Shown piece after piece: positions 48,975 through 60,780 of a DNA stretch of 64,000 nt. The notes below the pieces were generated by a model, which was given only the letters and a program-made list of their open reading frames with translations, searched no databases and had not been told where the DNA came from. The position numbers were made by a program, and so were the translations under genes. Within the stretch, counting starts at the first letter, position 1, and every line of letters starts with the position of its first letter. Origin of the DNA: Takakia lepidozioides. Its lineage: Eukaryota > Plantae > Bryophyta. Location of the stretch: the NCBI GenBank assembly GCA_030704615.1, contig CM060734.1:2976001-3040000 (forward strand), written 5' to 3'.

Positions 48975-50745
48975 AATGGGTGAACCAATCGTTCCCCTGC
49001 CAAATGATTTTAGATTGATTTGAAACTTTGGGAGTGTGTTGTACATGCCCTCTTTAAGTTACCGGACAAGTACGAGGTCAATCTAAAATGGTTCTAAGAG
49101 TGAACCAATAGTTCCCCTATTAAATGATTCATGATTGAAAATTGGTTGAAAGGTTTAACGAGTCGTTCGGGGGGCATATGATTATTTCTTCGCTTGCAAC
49201 TTTGTGTACGTGATTTGTACGTACTTAAGCACATATGGACCAAAGTTGAACTTCAACAAAGTTGTTTGAATCGGTTATTCAAATTCATAAGGAGAAACAA
49301 CCTTTCGTCGACACATGAATTGTTTTTAATTCCATTCTGAAGCCATATGCTTGATAACAACATGAAGAGTTGCATGCAAAATATCACCATGAACAGACAT
49401 TGTCTGCACCCAAAACACATTTCATTCCCTCATTTGCACTCCAAGGTGAAGTTATCTTCAACTTCATGCACTCTTCATAGATAGTTCTGCAATAGTGAGC
49501 ATAGAGCAAAGGATGAACGTTTTTTTCCAAGCATTTTTCTTTGGTACATTTTTTGGCAATGATGTTGTGGTGTGAGGGTTCAACTCACAGAACAAAATCA
49601 ATCCAAAAACAAAATCATTGCGCCCCACAATCCTATGCCCTCTAAATCATTTTATTTAGTAAAAATCCAGTTCAATTCAAAATTGGATGAAAGGCTTAAC
49701 GGAAACTTCCCCGATGAAATGATATTTTATTGCTCCGAAACTTTGCAAGTGTCTTCTATATGCCTTCTTACACGTCTTTGAGAAGTATGACATCAATCTA
49801 AAATGGTTTAAAAGGTGAACCAAACGTCCCCCTACCAAATGATTTTAAATTGATTTGAAACTTTGCAAGTGTCTTGTACATGCCCTCTTACAGGTCTTTC
49901 ACAAGTTTCAAATCAATCTAAAATGGTTGAAAGGGTGAATCAATCATGAACATATCAAATGATTTTGGAGTGCTTTAAAGCTTGCAAGTGTCTTTCACAT
50001 GCCATTTTAAAGGTACCGGACAAGTATGAGGTCAGTAGAATATGGTTGAAAGGGTGAACCAATTGTTCCACTATCAAATGATTTTACATTGCTTTGAAGC
50101 TTTGCGAGTGTCAGCCACATGCCCTCCTACAAGTACCGGACAAGTATGACATGAATAAAAAATGGTTGAAAGGGTGAACCAATCATTCCGCTATCAAATG
50201 ATTTTATATTGCTTTGGATGTCATTGCTTTGGTAATTCTAGCCCCCCATTGTAACCCTTGAATTACAATTCAAAATGCAATTCAAGCCCTTAAAATTGGT
50301 AATGCCAGTCCCTAAAATGACCAACCCCGGCCGCCCCTCAAATTGTAATTTGAACCCTTGAAATTGTCAATTCCAACCCCTCAAATTGCAATTGAAGCCC
50401 CTGAAATTTACTTCCAACCCCTCAAATTGCACTTTTAGCCCCTGAAATGACAATTCCCGCCCCTCAATGGCAATTGCTAGTGCAGCCCCTGAAATTGGCA
50501 ATTGAAGCCCCTGGAATCAACCCCTCAAATTGCAAGTCCAGCCCCATAAATGGCATTTCAGCCCCTGAAATTGGCTATGGGTGAACCAATCATTCCCCTG
50601 CCAAATGATTTTGGATTCATTTGAAACTTTGCGAGTGTCTTGTACATGCCCTCTTAAAGTTACTGGACAAGTATGATGTCAATGTTAAATGGTTCAAAGG
50701 ATGAACCAACTGTTCCCCTGTTGGATGATTCATGATTAATCGTTA
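48975..50745. repeat. Degenerate ~120-bp repeats (GGGTGAACCAAT..CAAATGATTTT..GGACAAGTATGA) and a ~21-bp CCCCTGAAATTGCAATT minisatellite (50240-50575)
   Basis: Recurrent motifs read directly; mirrored at 55770-57560. Confidence 0.8.
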
Positions 50746-50749
50746 ACGA

Positions 50750-53700
50750 TTGATCTCATATTACACTGGGACCTATCAGAGGGTACATTGAACACACTGG
50801 CCAAGTCTCAAAGTGAACGAAAATCATTTGGATGGGCAACCATCTGTCGGCCCATTGAACGAATTTCGGTTGATCTCATATTACTCTGGGGCCTCTTCCA
50901 TGGTACATTGAACATACTGGGCAAGTCGAAAAGCAAACCAAAATCATCTCGATGGCCAACCATCTGTTGAGCCATCGAATGAATTTTGATTGATCTGATA
51001 TTAGTCCGGGACCTGTGAGAGGGTGTTTTGAACGTACTGGCAAAGTTTGGAAGCAAACAAAAATGATTTGGATGGGCAACCATCCGTTCACTCGTTGAAT
51101 GTATTCCGCTGGATCTACTATTGCTTTGGGACCTGTTGGACTGTGTTTCGCATGCTCATGATTTTTTTTTCATTCCATTTTTTAATGGGGCGTGTAATGT
51201 AGCTATATCCAACGTGCGTGCCAAATTTGGGAGCGAACATAATTCATTTGGATCCAAAACCACAGTTTCTTCCCTGTTTTGCACTCCAAACTTGATTTGG
51301 GTTCAACTTCATGCACTCTTCATAGAGAGTCTGCAATAGTGAGCGAAGAGAACACTTTTTTTTGGGGGCATTTTTGATTGGTCCAAATTTTGGCGGGGGA
51401 GTAGTGTGGGATACTGGAAGCCGCAGAACAAAATTGAGCCAAAAACAAAATCAATACGTGCCAGAAACCCCCAATGAAATGCAGTATTTATTCGTCTGTT
51501 GTGTCTCCGCACATGTGTTGCACACATGTTCAAGCACATGCGGGCAAAAGATGGGTTTCAACCACATCCGTTCACTGGGTGCAATAGCCATGCACGCATT
51601 GCAAGATTTCTTTTTCGCAATGAACAAAAACCAGATGACAACTGAACGCCTCATTGGCCCATTGAACGAATTTTGATTGATCTCATATTACACTACGACC
51701 TATCATAGGGTACATTGAACACACTGGCCAAGTCTCTAAGCGAACGAAAATCATTTGGATGGGCAACCATCCGTTGGCCCATTGAACAAATTTCGGTTTA
51801 TCTCATATTACTCTGGGGCCTCTTCCATGGCACATTGAACATACTAGCCACGTCTCAAAGCGAACAAAAATCATCTCGATGGCCAACCATGCGTTGAGCC
51901 ATCAAATGAATTTCGATTGATCTAATATTAGTCCGGGACCTGTGAGAGAGTGTCTCAAACGTACTGGCAAAGTTTGGAAGCAAACAAAAATGATTTGGAT
52001 GGGCAACCATCCGTTCACCCGTTGAATGTATTCCGTTGGATCTGCTACTGCTTTGGGACCTGTTGGACTGTGTTTCGCGTGCTCACGATTTTTTTTTCAT
52101 TCTGTTTTTGAATGGGGCGTGTAATGTAGCCATATGCAATGTGCGTGCCAAATTTGGGAGTGAACATAATTCATTTGGACCCAAAACCACAGTTTCTTCC
52201 CTGTTTTGCACTCCAAACTTGATTTGTGTTCAACTTCATGCACTCTTCATAAAGAGTTCTGCAATAGTGAGCGAAGAGAACACTTTTTTTTGGGGGCATT
52301 TTTTATTGGTCCAAATTTTGGCGGGGGAGTAGTGGTGGGATGCTGGAAGCTGCAGAACAAAATTGAGCCAAAAACAAAATCGATACGTGCCAGAAACCCC
52401 CAATGAAAGGCAGTGCAAACCTATTTATTGGCTTAAAATTAATTTAAATTCAATTACATTATGGAATGGCTTGGTGTCGACGGGGAGGCAAATGATTTAT
52501 TCGTCTGTTGTGTCTTCGCACATATGTTGCACACATGTTCAAGCATATGCGGGCAGAAGAGGGGCTTCAACCACATCCGTTCAATGGGTGCAATAGCCGT
52601 GCACGCATTGCAAGATTTATTTTTCGCAATGAACAAAAACCAGATGAGAACTGAACGCCTCATTGGCCCATCGAACGAATTTCGATTGATCTCATATTAT
52701 GCTGCGACCTATCATAGGGTACATTGAGCACACTGGCCAAGTCTCAAAGCGAACGAAAATCATTTGGATGGGCAACCATCCGTCGGCCCATTGAACAAAT
52801 TTCGATTGATCTCTTATTACTCTGGGGCCGCTTCCATGGCACATTGAACATACTGGCCAAGTCTCAAAGCGAACCAAAATCATCTCGATGGCCAACCATC
52901 CGTTGAGCCATCGAATGAATTTCGATTGATCTGATATTAGTCCAGGACATGTGAGAGGGTGTCTCAAACGTACTGGCAAAGTTTGGAAGCAAACAAAAAT
53001 GATTTGGATGGGCAACCATCCGTTCACCCATTGAATGTATTCCGCTGGATCTGCTATTGCTTTGGGACCTGTTGGACTGTGTTTCGCGTGCTCATAATTT
53101 TTTTTTCATTCTGTTTTTGAATGGGGCGTGTAATTTAGCCATATGCAACGTGTGTGCCAAATCTGGGAGCGAACATAATTCATTTGGACCCAAAACCACA
53201 GTTTCTTCCCTGTTTTGCACTCCAAACTTGATTTGTGTTCAACTTCATGCACTCTTCATAAAAAGTTCTGCAATAGGGAGCGAAGATAACACTTTTTTTT
53301 GGGGGCATTTTTGATTGGTCCAAATTTTGGCGGGGGAGTAGTGGTGGGATGCTGAAAGCCGCAGAACAAAATTGAGCCAAAAACAAAATCGCCAGAAACC
53401 CCCAATGAAAGGCAATGCAAACCTATTTATTGGCTTAAAATTAATTTAAATTCAATTACATTATGGAATGGCTTGGTGTTGATGGGGAGGCAAATGATTT
53501 CTTCGTCTGTTGTGTCTCCGCACATGTGTTGCACACATGTTCAAGCACATGCGGGCAAAAGAGGGGCTTCAACCACATCCGTTCAATGGGTGCAATAGTC
53601 GTGCACGCATTGCAAGATTTATTTTTCGCAATGAACAAAAACCAGATGACAACTGAACGCCTCATTGACCCATCAATCAAATTTCGATTGATCTCATATG

Positions 53701-53890
53701 ACACTGGGACCTATCAGAGGGTACATTGAACACACTGGCCAAGTCTCAAAGCGAACGAAAATCATTTGGATGGGCAACCATCCGTCGGCCCATTGAACGA
53801 ATTTCGATTGATCTCATATTACTCTGGGGCCTCTTCCATGGTACATTGAATATACTGGCCAAGTCTCAAAGCGAACCAAAATCATTTGGA
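50750..53890 (+). repeat. ~1.0-kb tandem repeat x ~3.2 with internal ~121-bp subunits
   Basis: ACATTGA(A/G)CACACTGGCCAAGTCTC at ~50785, 51712, 52721 and 53723; one inverted unit at 54836-55770. Confidence 0.9.
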
Positions 53891-56800
53891 GGCAAATGAT
53901 TTATTCGTCTGTTCATTTATTTGTGATTAATCGTTAATGGTGAAAAGGATAAACCAAAGGTTCCTTGATCAAAAAAAATTTGAATGATTTGAAATTTTGC
54001 TAGTATGTTCTACATGCCTCTTATATGGACCGGACAAGTATGAGATCAATAAAAAATGGTTCACCGGAGGAACCAATGATTACTTGATGTGCCGATTTAT
54101 GAATGCTTTCAAACTTTGTTATTGCATTGTACATGCCATCTTAAAGGTACCGGACAAGTATGAGTTCGATTTAAAATATTGCAATGGGTGAACCAATGGT
54201 ATCTTCATTCAGCAATTTTTGATTGTTTTGAAACTTTGCCAGTATATTGTACATGTCGTCAAACAAGTACCGAACAAGTATGAGGTCATTCAAAAATGGT
54301 TCAAAGGATAAACCTCGTATTTCCAAAAATTACGTAGACTATACAGTGGGTTGCATATTTAAGTTTTTGCAACCTGAGACATTTGGCCTACTCCCTACGT
54401 TTCTAGCCTTTCTAGTCATCGTCATCTAGATTTATTACTTCGTTGTCGTCATCTCTAGATGTTGATGAAGATGCTCCGGGTGTAGAGGACGTCCACCAGT
54501 ACGGAGAGCTCGAGCCTGGGCTCGAGTGGTCAAAGAGGGACCCAGTGTTGTGTGGTCCACCCTTGCCATCATGCGTAGCGTTCTAGGCGAGTGCTAACTC
54601 TCTTCCACATTTGCCAGAGCCCGGTGTGTCGCTCTTGCTACGGCGGCATGCAATTTTTCAATTAAATCCGATATGTTTGGAAGTGGCAAGAACACCCCTG
54701 GAATAGAGGCAACTTGGTCACGCCATGTGTTCTGCCAATACTTTACAACACTCGTGATGGCAGCCTTGAAATTGTCCAACACCTCCTCCTGCTGGGGGTC
54801 TCTGCGCAACTCTGGAAGAAATGGCCCTTCATCCTGCAATGCGTGCACGGCTATTGCACCCATTGAACGGATGTGGTTGAAGCCCCTCTTTTGCCCGCAT
54901 GTGCTTGAACATGTGTGCAATACATGTGCGGAGACACAACAGATGAAGAAATCATTTGCCTCCCCATCGACACCAAGCCATTCCATAATGTAATTGAATT
55001 TAAATTAATTTTAAGCCAATAAATAGATTTGCACTGCCTTTCATTGGGGGTTTCTGGCACGTATCGATTTTGTCTTTGGCTCAATTGTGTTATGTGGCTT
55101 CCAGCATCCCACCACTACTCCCCTCCAAAATTTGGACCAATCAAAAATGCCCCAAAAAAAAAGTGTTCTCTTCGCTCACTATTGCAGAACTCTCTATGAA
55201 GAGTGCATGAAGTTGAACACAAATCAAGTTTGGAGTGCAAAACAGGGAAGAAACTGTGGTTTTGGGTCCAAATGAATTATGTTCGCTCCCAAATTTGGCA
55301 CGCACGTTGCATATGGCTACATTACACGCCCCATTCAAAAACTGAATGAAAAAAAAATCGTGAGCACGCGAAACACAGTCCAACAGGTCCCAAAGCAATA
55401 GCAGATCCAACGGAATACATTCAACGGGTGAACGGATGGTTGCCCATCCAAATCATTTTTGTTTGTTTCCAAACTTTGCCTGTACGTTTGAGACACCCTC
55501 TCACAAGTCTCGGACTAATATCAGATCAATCGAAATTCATTCAATGGCTCAATGGATGGTTGGCCATCGAGATGATTTTGGTTCGCTTTGAGACTTGGCC
55601 AGTGTGTTCAATGTGCCATGGAAGAGGCCCCAGAGTAATATGAGATCAACCGAAATTCGTTCAATGGGCCGACGGATGGTTGCCCATCCAAATGATTTTC
55701 GTTCGCTTTGAGACTTGGCCAGTGTGTTCAATGTACCCTCTGATAGGTCCCACTGTAATATGAGATCAATCGTTAACGATTAATCATGAATCATCCAACA
55801 GGGGAACTGTTGGTTCACCCTTTGAACCATTTAACATTGACATCATACTTGTCCACTAACTTTAAGAGGGCATGTACAAGACACTCGCAAAGTTTCAAAT
55901 GAATCCAAAATCATTTGGCAGGGGAATGATTGGTTCATCCATAGCCAATTTCAGGGGCTGAAATTGCCATTTATGGGGCTCGAATTACCAATTTGAGGGG
56001 TTGGACTTGCAATTTGAGGGGCTGAAACTGTCATTCTAGAAGCTTCAATTGCCAATTTCAAGGGCTGCACTAGCAATTGCCATTTCACAGGCTACAGTTG
56101 CAATTTGAGGGGCGGGAATTGTCATTTCAGGGGCTAGAAGTGCAATTTGAGGGGTTGGAATTGACAATTTCAAGGGCTCAAATTACAATTTGAGGGGCGG
56201 CCGGGGTTGGTCATTTTAGGGACTGGCATTACCAATTTTAAGGGCTTGAATTGCATTTTGAATTGTAATTCAAGGGTTACAATGGGGGGCTAGAATTACC
56301 AAAGCAATGACATCCAAAGCAATATAAAATCATTTGATAGCGGAATGATTGGTTCACCCTTTCAACCATTTTTTATTCACGTCATACTTGTCCGGTACTT
56401 GTAGGAGGGCATGTGGCTGACACTTGCAAAGCTTCAAAGCAATGTAAAATCATTTGATAGTGGAACAATTGGTTCACCCTTCCAACCATATTCTACTGAC
56501 CTCATACTTGTCTGATACCTTTAAAATGGCATGTGAAAGACACTTGCAAAGCTTTAAAGCACTCCAAAATCATTTGATATGTTCATGATTGATTCACCCT
56601 TTCAACCATTTTAGATTGATTTGAAATTTGTGAAAGACCTGTAAGAGGGCATGTACAAGACACTTGCAAAGTTTCAAATCAATTTAAAATCATTTGGTAG
56701 GGGGACGATTGGTTCACCCTTAAAACCATTTTAGATTGATGTCATACTTCTCAAAGACGTGTAAGAGGGCATGTAGAAGACACTTGCAAAGTTTCGGAGC

Positions 56801-57723
56801 AATAAAATATCATTTCATCGGGGAAGTTTCCGTTCAGCCTTTCATCCAATTTTGAATTGAACTGGATTTTTACTAAATAAAATGATTTAGAGGGCATAGG
56901 ATTGTGGGGCGCAATGATTTTGTTTTTGGCTTGATTTTGTTTTGTGAGTTGAACCCTCACACCACCACATCATTGCCAAAAAATGTACCAAAGAAAAATG
57001 CTTGGAAAAAAACGTTCATCATTTGCTCTATGCTCACTATTGCACAACTCTCTATGAAGAGTGCATGAAGTTGAAGACAACTTCACCTTGGAGTGCAAAT
57101 GAGGGAATAAAATGTGTTTTGGATGCAGACGATGTCTGTTCATGGTGATATTTTGCATGCAACTCTTCATGTTGTTATCAAGCATACGGCTTCAGAATGG
57201 AATTAAAAACAATTCATGTGCAGGCGAAAGGTTGTTTCTCCTTATGAATTTGAATAACCAATTTAAACAACTTTGTTGAAGTTCAACTTTGGTCCATATG
57301 TGCTTAAGTACGTACAAATCACGTACACAAAGTTGCAAGCGAAGAAATAATCATTTCCCCCCGAACGACTCGTTAAACCTTTCAACCAATTTTCAATCAT
57401 GAATCATTTAATAGGGGAACTATTGGTTCACCCTTAGAACCATTTTAGATTGACCTCATACTTGTCCGGTAACTTAAAGAGGGCATGTACAACACACTCC
57501 CAAAGTTTCAAATCAATCTAAAATCATTTGGCAGGGGAACGATTGGTTCACCCATTGACCCAGTGTACACTGTCACTCTTCAAGATTCATGGGTGTGGTG
57601 CTTGATTATCCCATATGATGGATCCAGGTGCCATGCCCAAGTAACAAACCATTAAAACATTATGGTACGAGACAAACACAATTGAAAACAACATTTATTC
57701 AAATATGATGTACAGTCAGAGGT

Positions 57724-59232
57724 CTACAAGTTTTTATCCATCCTCCAGCAATTTTTGGGCTCAGGCCAATTGAATAGCCCCGTCATGAAACGCTTCACAA
57801 CATTTTCTAGTTTGTACCGCAACTCTATTGTGTCTACACACAAGTTTTCCAGAGCGGAAGCAAAACAGGTTCCAGTAGACATATCATTGAACAAACTTGC
57901 ATCGAACGTGTTACCCCCATTTATTGCCTGGGCTATCTTTCCAATTGCAAAGGTCTCTGATGGCACAGTTAGAGGGGGCCTACGAGGTGTGCCATCTGAC
58001 TGGTTGTTGGCTACATTATGAACAATTGCAATTTCAGGTGCAATCCACCATCTATGTGCGAGAGTCTTTATCATCTTGTCTCTGCTCTCGAAAATGTACA
58101 ACGTGGTTTTTGGATCATCTGTCGTGGAGACCATCCCCCAATCGCATACCCCGATGTACACATCTTCAGACCCTTGTGGAAAATGCAACAAGATGTTGTC
58201 GGGGGACATGTCGTTGTGCAAGAGGTGGTGATTATGGACGTTGAGCATGATGTGCAAAAGCGCCCATGTCAATTGGGTGCGATTCTGTCGGAATCGAACC
58301 AACCGGTTGACCTCCTGCATTTCCTGCTCCGTCCCCCGTCGTTCCATTAACTCCCTGTTATCCCGATCATTCCCCAAACTTCTGTCAATACTCAACCATG
58401 ATCGTATGGTCCCCCCATTCCACCAATGTGTGTAACCTTCATTTCGACGTGGATGCAACGCAAAATACTTTATGATGCCGAAATGATGGAACTTTACAGC
58501 CAACGCCTCATTGTTATGTTGGACTTTGGCAAGCTCAACATTTGTTTCCCTGGGCGTTTTCCTTGGTAGCTCCCAAGATGGAGGAATGAATTGATCCCCA
58601 ACAATTCTAACCCTCCGAATTGTACCATACCCTCCCTGTTTGGGCGCGTCGAGTTGTTGTACCTGTGCGTTTGTGGATATGTATCTCACGTTCAATGCCG
58701 CATCCACGGACGAGGACCCTGCCTTCCATGGGAGTGGTTTTGTACGTCGTTTGGCGTGGGCTTTTGCCATGTCAGACCACCAATCCACAAGCACAAACAA
58801 CTCCTCCTCCGAAGTTGGCATGCGACCTTCAGCTACAGGTGTTCTCGTAACAAACTTGTCCATGGTTTGTCTCAGATTCCATGTGGCATCATGGGCCCGG
58901 TCCTCCATCCATTTCGTGAATTGGAACTTTGTCCTGTCCTCCTCCCATTCATCCCCGGCCAAAGCCTCCCTCATTCTCATCTCCATATTGTGCTGGAATC
59001 TAAGGAACCCCTTATTCCCATGTCAGACATACAAAAGATTCAAACGCATTATGTCATTGTCCTTCAAATAATCCAGCACTACTTGCTTCACCACCTTCGC
59101 GGCCTCTGCGCTTGGATAGTTTTTTTTGTTGACCTGACTATCCCGTTCATGTGCATGTTTACGCTTCCTACCTTTACGCCCACTTCCCGAGGAACCCCCT
59201 GACACTGCGTTCGAAGCAACGTTTCCGAACAT
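57724..59232 (-). pseudogene. Kinase-like ORF, right copy (kinase domain uninterrupted; one TGA at 59023-59025 in the N-terminal part)
   Basis: 420-aa ORF 57724-58986 with GGYG, NNEALA (alphaC Glu), HHLLHNDMSPDNILL, DWG, APE and SETFAIG. Confidence 0.82.
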
Positions 59233-59624
59233 GATGAAAGTACTCTGCGGAATAGACGCGGCTTCGTAACGGAAAACTAAACCCAAACTATTGATAACCT
59301 TATATACTAGCAGACCAATTTCCTCACTCTCTATTGGTATAGTACCCAAAGCAAACTCTCCCGCAGTCCCAGGAAAAAAAGGCAAAAACTCCTCCCCCAC
59401 ACAAATCCACTTTCTCCCCCCCCCCAACGCTCAGTCCTGGCCACCGAAGTTCAAACTCCAAGAAGCCCCAGAACCGCACTCACAGAGAGGGAAAAAAATG
59501 GGTTGGGAATGAGGGGTAGGCCCTTATATACTGCCTGGAGAGGCTTGACGTGCGACCGCCTCTGCTGCCCATTCACGCCTCGCCACGTGTCCAGGGAGCG
59601 GTCGTACCTAATAACAAAAAAGAA

Positions 59625-60015
59625 AAAGTCTGCGACCACCACCGGCCGGTGGTCGCACCCATTTAAAAAATAATTAAAAATGTGCGACCATCCCCTGTTG
59701 GTGGTTGCACCCATTTAAAAAATAATTAAAAATGTGCGACCATCCTCTGCTGGTGGTCGCACCTATTTAAAAAAAAATGAAAAAGTTGCGACCACCACCT
59801 GCTGGTGGTCGCACCTATTTTTTTTAAAAAAAAATGTGCGACCACCCTCTGCTTGTGGTCGCACCTATTAAAAAAAATGAAAATGCTGCGACCATCACCT
59901 CTGGTGGTCGCACCCATTTAAAAAATAAGAAAAAATGTGCGACCACCCCCTTTTGGTGGTCGCACCTATTTAAAAAAAATAAAATTGTCCGACCAACCTT
60001 TGCTAACGGTCGCAT
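59625..60015. repeat. TGCGACC/GGTCGCA palindrome array (mirror of 46550-46972)
   Basis: Direct reading. Confidence 0.9.
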
Positions 60016-60297
60016 GATTGACAATATAAATCATAATATATGAATTTTACAGATAATTAATGAAGTCCACGTAATGAGGCCACATCGGTTGCCACGTCGG
60101 TTTCCATAGTAAATAGTCAATAGTAAAATAAAAAAATAAACATATTTATGTACAGTAACGTCGGTTTAGTACGTGACGTGACGCACGTCCGTCGCTGACG
60201 TCGGACGTGACGCTGACGCGTCAACGCCACGTCACGTCCAAATTTGCAACTAGGTTGTTTACTGTTCAAAGGTAATCTTCATGCCCTGAGTTTAAAT

Positions 60298-60780
60298 TTA
60301 GGTCTGGTGCCAAGAGTGGGATAGACCCTTGAGCGCATCCATGATGCCCTCCCCCATGTCACAGACTGGAAACAGGTTCAGGGAAGTTTTCTTCCTAACT
60401 TCATTTTCATCGGACAATTTTCTGGTAACAGACATGGCTTTGGACACTACACTCTCTAAGTCAGGTTTATCCAACAAGGTCAAGACTTGCGGGTCCAGAT
60501 TCAGATCCTTGAGAATCTCTTCTACTCTCTTCTCCTAGGGCTTACCCTGTTTGACAAGGCGGTCTTGTTTCCAAGATATAGAGTCGATTAACTTATGATA
60601 TCTGGTGTTGGACATATGTTGCAGCTGAACCCACCATCTGACCTTGAATTTATCTCGTCGGGAGCTTAAAAGAGAGCAGCACAGAAGAGAGGGAAGATAC
60701 TATGTCTTGTCGGGACATGGACAAGACCAGATAAGGTCTTTGTCAAATTAACGACAAATCAGCCCTTTACATGGCACCAC
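60298..60780 (-). mobile_element. LINE ORF2-like C-terminal fragment joined to an arm related to the 42762 MITE
   Basis: Minus strand RRDKFKVRWWVQLQHMSNTRYHKLI...VEEILKDL; 60690-60778 resembles 42930-43023. Confidence 0.5.

Larger units (their letters stand above)
46262..54345 (+). mobile_element. Kinase-carrying repeat-rich element, left copy (possibly a non-autonomous Helitron-like element)
   Basis: Inverted homolog of 54836-60254. Outer end CCTAGTTGCAAATTT next to a GC-rich hairpin. The inner boundary is approximate. No transposase or helicase seen. Confidence 0.6.
54836..60254 (-). mobile_element. Kinase-carrying element, right (inverted, internally truncated) copy
   Basis: Reverse complement of 46262-~51600; ends ...CGTCACGTCCAAATTTGCAACTAGG. 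Confidence 0.6.

Noticed and set aside
54322-54348. CACTA-type TIR (CACTG on the minus strand) closing the kinase element
   Set aside because: It does not match the outer end CCTAGTTGC beyond chance, and no 3-bp TSD is evident.
46262-60254. Single foldback transposon with giant TIRs
   Set aside because: No TSD (left flank ...CTGAAGC, right flank TTGTTTT...), the arms are diverged and unequal, and the flanks belong to different sequences.
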